Assembly: GCA_951406725.2 (NCBI GenBank) | Contig: OX597819.1 | Coordinates: 83,390,001-83,454,000, forward strand | DNA from: Octopus vulgaris | Lineage: Eukaryota | Direction of reading: 5' to 3' | Length of the DNA: 64,000 nucleotides | Part shown: piece after piece, positions 27,027-37,949 of the stretch | How positions within the stretch are numbered: the first letter of the stretch is position 1 | Layout: each line of letters opens with the position of its first letter | Translations under genes and position numbers: made by a program | Notes under the pieces: model-generated | Database searches by the model: none | Told to the model about the DNA's origin: nothing | What the model saw: only the letters and a program-made list of their open reading frames with translations

Positions 27027-27689
27027 TATGTGTATGTGGGTGTATGTATATATAGGTGTAAATATGTGTATATAGGGAACTAGGTGTGTTGTGTGTGCAT
27101 GAGTGTATGTGCGTATGAATATATATTTTTCTGTGTATATATGTATGTGTGGTCGTGGGTATATATATACATGTGTGTATGCGTGCATGCATGGGAGGGA
27201 GTGTATGCATATATACGTGTGTGTATGTGTAGACAGGTATATGCATGTGCATGTGTATAAATTTGTATATGTGGGCGGGTGTATGTATGTATGTATGTAG
27301 ATGTGTATATATATATATATGTATATATATATGTGTGTATATATATGTGTGTAGATACGTATACATATGTGTATAGGTATAAGTGAGAATCTCCTTATTT
27401 ACCTATAACTCTATCCCCCCTTTTTTTATATATATATTTTTTATATATATTTTTTTTTTTTTTTATTTATTTTTTTATTATTTTATTTTTTTATTTATTT
27501 TTTTATTTTTTTATTTTTTTATTATTTTATTTTTTTTATTTATCTATTCTTTCATCTAACTTACCACTGACTCCTTGACCACTCCCCAAGTATGACATTT
27601 TGCGCTATGCCTACCCCCAAAAAAGTCCCCCACCACCACTCCTTTAAACCTGCCTAAATGTATAAATGCTAATACAATTCTTGTTAAAT

Positions 27690-27740
27690 AGCTTCCTGAA
27701 GATTTCTCTTGAATGAAACAGTACTAGTCCTGTAGAAGCT
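27690..27740 (+). ncRNA. Type-I minimal hammerhead ribozyme (right arm)
   Basis: AGCUUC-CUGAAGA-UUUC(UCUU)GAAU-GAA-ACAG(UACUAGUC)CUGU-A-GAAGCU; all three stems close; predicted cleavage after GUA at 27734. Confidence 0.8.
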
Positions 27741-27788
27741 CCTTCTATATAATAAATATATATATATATATATATATACATGTATATA

Positions 27789-28047
27789 CTTTATTAATAA
27801 AGCTGCACAGACATCACAAAAACTTTTATTCAGGGTTTCGTGTTTCCATTTGTCAGACAGCTTTGGTTGAGAATGGAAATTTTTTTTTTTTGTTCTGTTC
27901 TCAACCAAAATTGTCCAACAAACAGGAACATGAAACTCTGAATAAAAGTTTTTGTGATGTCTTTGTAGCTTTATTAATAAAGCATATTACTCTACTTCCA
28001 GTATTCGAGTACTACTTTTTCCACGATGTTTCACATTTATGTGCTTA

Positions 28048-28050
<3 letters not shown>
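27789..28050. mobile_element. Older palindromic Penelope-like insertion with decayed hammerheads and right-side tail
   Basis: Arms 27789-27878 / 27893-27982; minus strand 'gctgt-ctgacaa-atggaaacac-gaaac'; (TA)n flanks. Confidence 0.65.
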
Positions 28051-28100
<50 letters not shown>

Positions 28101-28349
28101 TCATCATCATCATCATCATTTAATGAGAAGCACAATAGTTGGTTCATCAACTTTAGGACATTAAAATGTTAACTTATTAAAATGATGATTATAATAACGT
28201 ACATACATATAGCATATTATTCTATGCATATAAAATAAGAATGCAATAAAAAACACTTGTGTATTAATAATTGGGTATTATACCAACAGTATATTAGATA
28301 GACATTATCCCTTAGTGGGTTGGACCCACAACCCCTAACTTTCTTGGAG

Positions 28350-28385
<36 letters not shown>

Positions 28386-28851
28386 ATATTTCGGAATGGT
28401 CATTTTGCCAGTTTAGCCAATATATATATACAAATTGAGATAGGGGTTGTAAATGCAACCCTCCATGGGATAACATATATCCAATATACTGCCAGTGAAG
28501 TACCCAACAAAGTTAATACATAAATGTTAAGAATTGCGATGCAATTATTTCATTTACTGTATTATATGGGCAAAGGTAAAGTGATTTACCACAAATTCAT
28601 AATACATCTTACAGCTGTTTCGGCCAGTCTATATTTATATTTATATGTACTTATATTTACATTCTCTTATACATATTCTACTTATTGTATAACATTACTC
28701 TTTTATGTACACTCCTTTATGTACACTGTTTTGTTCTGCATCATTATGTTTAACCTTATAGTTTCTTATGTGGTGGTTTAATAAAGTATGTGATTGAGTA
28801 TTATCTGGTAATTGATATTTGATTTCGATGTATTTCTCCATTTTCTTATTT

Positions 28852-28907
<56 letters not shown>

Positions 28908-29071
28908 GGTGTATAAAGGTTGAATGTGGATTTGTCCTTTAATTTGGGGTTTTCCAAAAAAGACTTCTAATATTGATTCTTCATACTTTGCTGGGAGTTT
29001 ACAGGAGTAAATTTGTGAAGATATGAAAGTAGTACTTGTATGTAATACATGGTGAGTTTATGTACTCATAT

Positions 29072-29157
29072 TTTAGTTAAATATGGAGGAGACAAGTTGT
29101 TAAAATATATAACTTCTTATGTATTTTAACAATTTGTCTCCTCCATTTTTAACTAAA
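29072..29157. repeat. 41-bp-arm hairpin (inverted repeat with 4-nt loop)
   Basis: tttagttaaatatggaggagacaagttgttaaaatatataa / ttatgtattttaacaatttgtctcctccatttttaactaaa. Confidence 0.85.
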
Positions 29158-29159
29158 TG

Positions 29160-29201
<42 letters not shown>

Positions 29202-29638
29202 ACATACATACATAATACATACATAATACATACATACATACATACATACATACATACATACATACATACATACATACACCAGAGTAACATATACCTTTCT
29301 GTATTTGTTTTGCAAGATTCAGAGCAGAACAGGAAGAGACACATGGGATGGAGAGTCACTGAAGAGGTCACAGGATGTGTGACAAAAGATTTCACACAAT
29401 AGACATTCAAATAAGAATAATAATAAAACTGAAGTGAAGAATGATTAATTGGCATGTGATTAATTGGCGTGTGATAAATTGGCAAAAAAAAAATGACCAT
29501 CCCCAAATATAACAATATACATGTATGTATGTAAGTATGTATGTATGTATGTATGTATGTGCATGTATGTGTGTGTATGTATGTGTGTGTATGTATGTGT
29601 ATGTATGTATGTATGTATGTATGTATGTATGTATGTAT

Positions 29639-29980
29639 GCATTTGGTTTGTGGGCGGAGATGCTTGAGTCATGCTGGCTTGGTCAACCATCAGAAAACTC
29701 ACAGGAATCAACCCATGGTAATATGTGATATGGCTATTGTCCACAACAAAACCTGTGCAACATGTCGAAAGGTGTGCCTCTCAGTTAGAGGATTGAAAAG
29801 GCATGTCAAAAGAATTCATACTTGACACCTGTTTCTTCTGTCAGCAAGTACAGCTGTGCATTATGTAATAGAATGTGCAAAACTTTCACCAGGCTCAGGA
29901 GGCCTCACATTGCACCAACATTGGCTCATTTCAATTTTTCTTTCTAGCAATGGCTTTCTAGGAATGGCTTTGCAGCTAAG
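29639..29980 (+). pseudogene. Three decayed C2H2 fingers, probably the 3' end of an RTE-type LINE with (TATG)n tail
   Basis: VCGRRCLSHAGLVNHQKTH; CATCRKVCLSVRGLKRHVKRIH; CALCNRMCKTFTRL; no TGEKP linkers; (TATG)n on both sides. Confidence 0.6.
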
Positions 29981-30439
29981 ATGTATGTAAGTATGTATGT
30001 ATGTATGTGAGTGTTTGTGTTTACCCTTGCCTAGGCATGGTTATTTGTTTCCGGATTTCTGTGAAAAACATATCTTGCTACAAAGAGGTATTACTTTGTA
30101 TGGAAACAGGAAGGGAATCCACCTATAGAAAATTTGCCCAAACAAATTCATTTGACCTCTGCAAGCATGGAAAAGTGAACATTAAATGATGAACTACAAT
30201 AAAAATGGACAGATGTACATATTTACATACATACATACATATACATGAATGGCTTTTTTCAGTTTCCATCTACCAAATCCATTCATAAAGCTTTGGTTAG
30301 CTCAATACTATACTAAAAGACATAATTCTACAGTGTCATGCAGTGGGAATAGACACATCTATACCTATGTGACCGTGTGTGTATCGTTGGCAATTTTTTT
30401 TCCTCTGTCTTCCCTTCCTTGGATCTTTCCTTTTCCTAT

Positions 30440-30474
30440 GTTTCTAATGAAGAGCTCTGCTCGAAACGTTAAAC
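30440..30474 (+). ncRNA. Ultra-minimal hammerhead (G5 mutated) in a short dispersed repeat; relatives at ~2455-2490 and ~31398-31432
   Basis: GUUU-CUAAUGA-A-GAGC(UCU)GCUC-GAA-ACGU-U-AAAC. Confidence 0.6.
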
Positions 30475-31268
30475 CCTCCTTCTTTCTTTCCTTTCCTGAG
30501 CATCCAATAACACTATACTTGTTCCACTTCCTTGCATTGTTGTGTTTTCTCTTTGTGTTTTCATGTTTGGATTAACTTTATATATATATATATATATATA
30601 TTTGATATATATTGTAGGCATGTATGTTTGTATTTATTTGCACAACCCTTGTACATAAAATGTTCTGCTGCATAATCTGTAATATTTCCCCTTTTATATA
30701 TTATTTTTTGATGTGAAAATAGAAACTTTTATCATATATAACGTTATTTTTCATTGTGGCTGATTGAGCTTGTTAAAACTAAATTGATTTATTGACCACT
30801 GGAGAATATATTTCCCCCATTAAACTCATCTAATCTATTATTCTACATTTTCATTATTTTGGTTGAATTTAATATTCTCTACAGAGATATGAATTAATAG
30901 TTTAATTTTTGTAAAAATCATTTGAAATCAGTCCATAGATATCATTGTTTGGTCAAAATAACAGAATAGTCAGGGCACTATTGATGTTAGATGTTACAAG
31001 TATTCAAAGATCAACATAGATGTGATTATAATGTAATTATCATCATCATTGTTTTATCATCCACTTTTGCATGCTTGCATGGGTCAGATGGAATTTTATT
31101 AAAATACAATTTCTACAGCCAGACACTTTTCCTGGTTGGGGTTAGCAAGGGCATCCAGCCATAGAAATTAAACCAAAACTAACTGGGGTCTGGTGCAGTT
31201 CTCCAGCTTACCAGTTCCAATCAACCTGTCTTACCCATGCCAGCATGGAAAACAGATGCTAAATAATG

Positions 31269-31330
<62 letters not shown>

Positions 31331-32235
31331 TTCGCCATGATAGATCGGTAGCCACTACACACATTTTTTTCTCTCCTTGTTTCTTTTTGTGTTCCTTTCT
31401 GTGGAAGAGCATAGGCTCAAAATGTTAATGACTTTTTCAATTCCCGAGCGTTACACTAATACATCTGTTTGCTTTCTACACCACCTGTCTTCGTCTTTTG
31501 TTTTTTTCGTGAATTCTCCCTACACATATATATATATATATAAACTGTGTCTCAGTTTCTTGGTAAATCATGTTTCAAAAACAGTGCATCATGCATTCAT
31601 CAGTGCAAATATTTTTATTCAACCAGTATGAGACTATTGGTAATTAATGTGTGGGACAGTGTAGGGGAAGGTGTAAGGAAATTAGATATGCATTTATGCA
31701 GCTAGTAGACTCTTTGGCTGCAGCGTTGCAAAAATATACATTTATACTACTGTATTTCTACATATATGTGGAGCGCAATGGCCCAGTGGTTATGGTAGCG
31801 AACTCATGGTTGGGGGATTGCGTTTCGATTCCCAGACCGGGCGTTGTGTGTGTTTATTGAGCGAAAACACCTAAAAGCTGCACGAGGCTCCGGCAGGGTG
31901 TGGTGGTGACCCCTGTTGTACTCTTTCACCACAACTTTCTCTCACTCTCTCTTCCTATTTCTTGAGTAACACTGCAATGGACTGGCATCCTGTTCAGCTG
32001 GGGGGAACACATACGCCACAGAAACCAGGAAAATGGGCCCATGAGCCTGGCTAGGCTTGAAAAGGGCGACATTTATCATTTACGTTTTTTTTATGTCTAC
32101 ATATACACACACACATACATAGACACAACTATAAACACAAACGGGCAGGTACAAATATATATAACTGATGAGACACAAGTGCTTGTACTCAGGAATCAAG
32201 AGTTCTTTGAACACATATTTGTCATAATCAGCTAG

Positions 32236-32625
32236 ATCATGTGGAAGGAACCTGTAGAAGAAGTAGAGCCAGGAAGGTGTGAGACAAGGTGGTAAAATGT
32301 GATTTTCAGGTGTTGAGTCTCACAGAGGCAATGACAAGTGACTGGGACCTTTGGTAAACTGTTGTGGTTGAGAAGACACATCAAGCTAAGTGAAATCATA
32401 GCCATGGCCAGTGCTGGTGATGCATGATTGGCACCAGTGTCGGAGACATGTAAAAAGCACTTAATACTCTCTGTGGAGTGGTTGGTATTAGGAAGGGCAT
32501 CCAGCCATAGAAATGGAGCCAGAACAAACTGAAGCCAGTACAGATCTTCAGCTTACCACCTCCAGTCAAACCATCTAACCAGTACCAGTATGGAAAACGG
32601 ATGTTAAATGATGATGATGATGATG
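32236..32625 (+). mobile_element. RTE LINE 3' end: ORF C-terminus + 3' UTR + (GAT)n
   Basis: VEGTCRRSRARKV*DKVVKCD..LTEAMTSDWDLW..EKTHQAK* (GRP.KTW-type RTE end) contiguous with the 'ggaagggcatccagc' UTR. Confidence 0.75.
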
Positions 32626-32654
32626 TAAATCATCATTTTGAATCTTGCTGTTCA

Positions 32655-33190
32655 CTGTCATCATCATCATCATCATCGTTTAGCATCCGCTTTCCATGCT
32701 AGCATGGGTTGGACGGTTCAACTGGGGTCTGGGAAGCCAGAAGGCTGCACCAGGCCCAGTTTGATCTGGCAATGTTTCTAAGGCTGGATGCCCTTCCTAA
32801 CGCCAACCACTCCATGAGTGTAGTGGGTGCTTTTTACGTGCCACCGGCACAGGTGCCAGACGAGTCTGGCAAACGGCCACGATCGGATGGTGCTTTTTAT
32901 GTGCCACCAGCACGGGGGCCAGGCGAAGCTGGCAACGGCCACGAACGGATGGTGCTTTTTACGTGCCTTAGGCACGAGGCCAGTCGGGGTGGCGCTGGCA
33001 ACGGCCACGAATGGATGGTGCTTTTTACATGCCACCGGCACGGGGGCCAGGCGAAGCTGGCAACGGCCACAAACAGATGGTGCTTTTTACGTGCCTTAGG
33101 CACGAGCCAGTCGGGGCGGCGCTGGCAACGGCCACAAACGGATGGTTCTCTTACGTGCCACCGGCACTGGTAACTCAGCTGCAATTTCCA

Positions 33191-33192
<2 letters not shown>
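32655..33192 (-). mobile_element. Young RTE 3' UTR with 6-7 alternating 57/62/63-bp repeats
   Basis: (CAT)n tail; repeated 'ggtgctttttacgtgcc' core; CpGs retained. Confidence 0.85.
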
Positions 33193-33235
<43 letters not shown>

Positions 33236-35049
33236 TTGTGTGTCTGTGTTTGTCCTAGCATTGCTTGACAACCGATGCTGGTGTGTTTACGTCCCCGTCA
33301 CTTAGCGGTTCGGCAAAGGAGACCGATAGAATAAGTACTGGGCTTACAAAGAATAAGCCCCAGGGTCGATTTGCTCGACTAAAGGCGGTGCTCCAGCATG
33401 GCCGCAGTCAAATGACTGAACCAAGTAAAAGAGAGTACTCAATAAACATTACATAGGATGGACTGTTATGCATCCAACCATCACCTAATAGATATCAACA
33501 TGTAGTATAGCTGCAACTAAAACCAAGAGAAAAAAATTTGGATATTTGAATTCAAGTAACTAATTTTTTGAATATTCTATTTATAATATAACCAAACACT
33601 AAGTTGCCGACTATATTTATGTACTTTTCTTTTCTTCTAATAGAATACGATATGTAATAATTTGAATGAGGCAAATAAAATATTTGTGGCTTATAAATAA
33701 AAACATAGCTAATTGTGTTCACAAGAGACCAAATCTCTCTAATCTCCATTATTTATATTGTCCAAAACTTGCTGTCAGCCGACCACACTAAAGATATTTC
33801 CATTGCTTGTATAAATTTAAAGAAGGGCAGGGATATCTACAATCTCAGTTGAACAAAATCTTCCAACCCCTTATATTACATACATAGGTCCTTTTGTATT
33901 AGTATTTATTATGTTAAACATTCTCCTGTAACACTTTTCCCTTAGCAAAAACAAATGGTCTACTTTAAAAACTTTTAAAATTAGTTGCTGATTGTTAGTT
34001 AAAGAAAAAAATGTGCATATAATAATTACTATTGGTTGGAAGATATAAGGATAGTTCAGCAAACAGTCTGTTCATTGAAATTATGAAAAAAACTGTTGGC
34101 TCCTGCTAGATTAACTGGTCAGTGGGTGCTTTGGGCTGCAAAGACACAACAATGTCAAAACACCTGATGTCCCAGAGTCCTTTGTACGAATAAATCAAGT
34201 TTATTATGAATACATCTTCATTGTAGAGAAGTTATTCGCCAGTGACTAAGCACTACAACAATTAACCTATTCAGGTTTGAGTCTGCCAGAATGTATCAAG
34301 AATTTACAAGTCATTATGTGTGTGTGTGTGTGTGTGTGTGTGACTGTGCATGTGTATGTGTACATATGCACGTGTGTGTGTGTGTGCTTACACTTGTATG
34401 TGTGCTTATGATTTTTAAGTAATTATGTCTTTGCATTTGGGCAAATTACATACATATGTGTCCCTAGATAATCTTATGTTAAGGTTCTTAATTTGGATGG
34501 CTATATGCTTATGATCTAACTCATACAATTCATCATCGTCATTGTCATTTAACATCCATTTTTCCATGCATGCATGAGACAGATGGAATTTATTGAAGCA
34601 GATTTTCTACTACTGGATGCCCTTCAGGATACCCTACAGCAGGATACCCTACAACTTGATGCCCCAAGTGAAGTAATATTTCCTTTTGGCCAGACATTGT
34701 TTTCATGTAAGTCTAGAAACAACCTTGCTTGTATAACAATGATGCTCCTTTACACTCATCACATGATGTCTAGACAAGAGTACACACACACATATGTACA
34801 TACGTACATGGCATTAAATACAGACATGCTTAGAGGACTATTCATTCTCCTACAAAATTATTACTATTCCCTTTAATTTTTGCCATTAACACAAGCCTAG
34901 TGATCTTCGAATAAATGCAAAGAACATTATGGGAATAAAAGAGATGAATCCAAAGAATAGTACTGGCCAAAATAGATTACCTCCCTCCAAAATTACATCA
35001 ACAGACCGAGGAAAAAGACAGAACAGTTGGACACTATCATCAAATGCAA

Positions 35050-36290
35050 AGCTAAAAGTGAATTCATACATCATCTATCATCAATTATGACTGCATGATA
35101 AATTCTCCAAATTATATGGGAATTGCCCCTAAGAAACACTCACAAGCAAATTGATCCCCTTCAAGCATAATCTACAATCAGCAAGGGAAAAACTTCATTA
35201 CTGTAAAAAAATTACATGATTGAAAAATTATAAACTGCAAGTTTGCCTAAAAACCACAAGCTGTATATCACAGTATGAAAGGCAATACCATCAAGGTAGT
35301 AAATGCTCCTCCCCAGGAAAACCTAGAGTCATTCTGGCAGGGAATCTGAGATGTAAACAAAGAACACAATCATGACACAGTACAGTGAGTATTGTGTAAA
35401 TGCCTTTCCCAAAATATATATAACATTACCAATGAAATACTCTGATTGGTTATTATGAAACAGCTGAATGGAAAATCACCTGGGTGAGACCTGATAATAA
35501 ATAGACTACTGGTACAAAAAGGTACAGGAAAATTCTCACGACTTTATTTTAAAAAACAATGGAGGCTGAGCTAGATATATCTGATTGGCTGACTGTAGCA
35601 CAGACTATTCTTATATCTAAGAACAAAGAAACTCATGTAGTCAAAAACTATAGGCACATAATATGCTTGAATGCTATGAACAAACTGTACACAGGTTGCC
35701 TGAATATGTTTCTCCAAGAGCACTTCCAAACAAATAAGGTGATAACTAATGAACAGGCAGGAGGAAAGAAAGGTGTCTGGGGTTGTGCTGAACAGCTTCT
35801 CATCAACAAAGCTGTTCTAAGCCAAGCAACATCACCATAATCTCTTAACAATGTGGCCAGACTGCAAGAAGGATTTGACTCTGTTCCGCATACATGAATG
35901 ATAGAACTATACTTTGTCAAAGTACCAGCTACTATCATGAATGCCATTGAAAGACTGACCACAACTTGGTCTACACTGTTATTACTGACAACTACTGTTA
36001 CAAACAGAATTAGGTTATCAATAGGTATATTTCAGGGTGATAGTTTATCTGTAATGTTGTTTGTACTGGCAGTGAATCCCATGTCAGCTAACAAAATGCC
36101 AAGGCTACATGCTAAGATATGCCGAAAAGAATTAAATGAATGTAACCTCATATATTTTGTTGATGACCTAAAGTTATATTCTGGTAACCAAACAACATCA
36201 AGAGACAATTAGAACTAGTCATGACATAGGAATGGAGTTTGGCCAAGATAAATGCACATACATGATAGTTTTGAAGAAGAATCATACATC
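35050..36290 (+). pseudogene. R4/Dong-clade reverse transcriptase remnant
   Basis: KNYRHIICLN..EQAGGKKGVWGCAEQLLINK..KGFDSVPH..GIFQGDSLS..YFVDDLKLY..DIGMEFGQDKC. Confidence 0.85.
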
Positions 36291-36912
36291 ATACCAGCAA
36301 AGAGCCATACATGGTTTCATATGCTATAAGCTAGAGGATAACAGCAGCATTGACAAGAAAAGAAACCTCTCCTGATCCTGTGATAGATACATTATAACCC
36401 ACCTAGAAGGATATGATGGAGTATCACCTTTAAAAATTTAATTGATCATACAGACCTCAGTACATATTTCAATCTAGCATTTATTTTATAGATCTCTGCT
36501 TGATGAACTTTGAGACATAGTGGGATACAATACTCGATTTAACAACAAATTTAAACATACAAACACACACACAGGTGCAAGAGTGACTGTGTGGTTAAGA
36601 ATTTTGTTTCCCAACCACATGATTCTATGTTCAGTCCCCCTGCATGGTACCTTGGGCAAGTGTTTTCTACTATAGCTCTAGACTAACCACAGACTTGTGA
36701 CTGAATTTGGTAAATGGAAACTGCAGCATTATTTATCAGAAAATGACCCCAAAACATGTTTGTAAACAAGAGTTATTTGCTTCATACTCCTCATGTGCCG
36801 ATTATGCCTATAAGAAAGGAACAAATAATGCAATGTGACTGTAGGTCATAACACAATGGCAACACCAGGGTGCTAGCATATATATATATATAATTTAACA
36901 TCCATTGTTTTA

Positions 36913-37590
36913 TATCATCATCATCATCATCATCATCGTTTAACGTCCGTTCTCCATGCTAGCATGGGTTGGACGGTTCGACCGGGGATCTGGGAAGCCA
37001 GGAGGCTGCACCAGGCTCCAGTCTTATCTACAGCTGGATGCCCTTCCTAACGCCAACCACTCCGTGAGTGTAGTGGGTGCTTTTTACGTGCCACCTGCAC
37101 AGGTGCCAGGCGAGGCTGGCAACGGCCACGGTCGGATTGGTGTATTTTATGTGCCACCGGCACAGAAGCCAGACGAGGCGGTGCTGGCATCGGCCAATAT
37201 ATATATTTGTATACATAAATATATATAAATATATTTGTCATCATCATCATCATCATCATTTAACGTCTGTTTTCCAAGCTAGCATGGGTTGGACGGTTTG
37301 ACTGGGGTCTGGGAAGCCAGGAGGCTGCACCAAGCTCCAGTCTGATCTGGCAGTGTTTCTACAGCTTGATGCCCTTCCTAACGCCAACCACTCTGTGAAT
37401 GTAGTTGGTGCTTTTTACATGCCACTGGCACAGGGGCCAGGAAACGGCCACAATCGGTTGGTGTTTTTTATGCGCCGCTGGCACAGAAGCCAGTCAAGGC
37501 GGCGCTGGCATTGGTCACGTTCAGATGGTGCCACCGGCACAGGTATCACAACAATTTCCATTTGATTTTTATTTTAATGTTGATGTACTT
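36913..37590 (-). mobile_element. Two adjacent RTE 3' UTR copies
   Basis: Two (CAT)n tails (36913, 37238), each followed by the same UTR. Confidence 0.8.
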
Positions 37591-37601
37591 ATATATATAT
37601 T

Positions 37602-37650
<49 letters not shown>

Positions 37651-37652
<2 letters not shown>

Positions 37653-37923
37653 TTCGTTTTTAGATTTGGTTTGCAAGATTCTTTATGTGAGTTCGTGTGT
37701 TGAAGCATATTCTGTTGTCTGGGGAGAGTCATTCTCTTTTAGTGCCTCATAATTTAACACACTCTTCTTTTTTTTTTTTTTTCTAAAACTTTCGTTGCAG
37801 AGTTGCAAGGCGCAACGAAAATTTTAGAAAAATATAAAAGAAATAAGTGGAAACTTTACCGGTGAGTGTGTTAAATTATAAGGCACTAAAAGAGAATGAC
37901 TCTCCCTAGACACAACAGAATAT
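37651..37923. mobile_element. Palindromic Penelope-like insertion whose turn lies inside a hammerhead core
   Basis: Arms 37707-37798 / 37812-37923; + strand 'aga-gttgc-aaggc-gcaac-gaa-aatt-t-tagaaaa'; 56-nt left tail; TA-repeat flanks. Confidence 0.6.
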
Positions 37924-37949
37924 ATATAGTTTACTGTTACATTAAGGTA

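Larger units (their letters stand above)
25451..27757. mobile_element. 2.2-kb palindromic Penelope-like insertion in (TA)n
   Basis: Arms 25519-26721 and 26735-27757 are reverse complements with a 13-nt spacer; 68-nt tail on the left only; (TA)n on both flanks. Confidence 0.85.

Noticed and set aside
25924-27366. Long His/Tyr/Ile/Thr-rich ORFs (up to 198 aa)
   Set aside because: Translations of TA/CA/TACA microsatellite in the palindrome arms
31766-31840. tRNA gene
   Set aside because: A/B-box head continues into a SINE body shared with other copies; no clean cloverleaf or terminator
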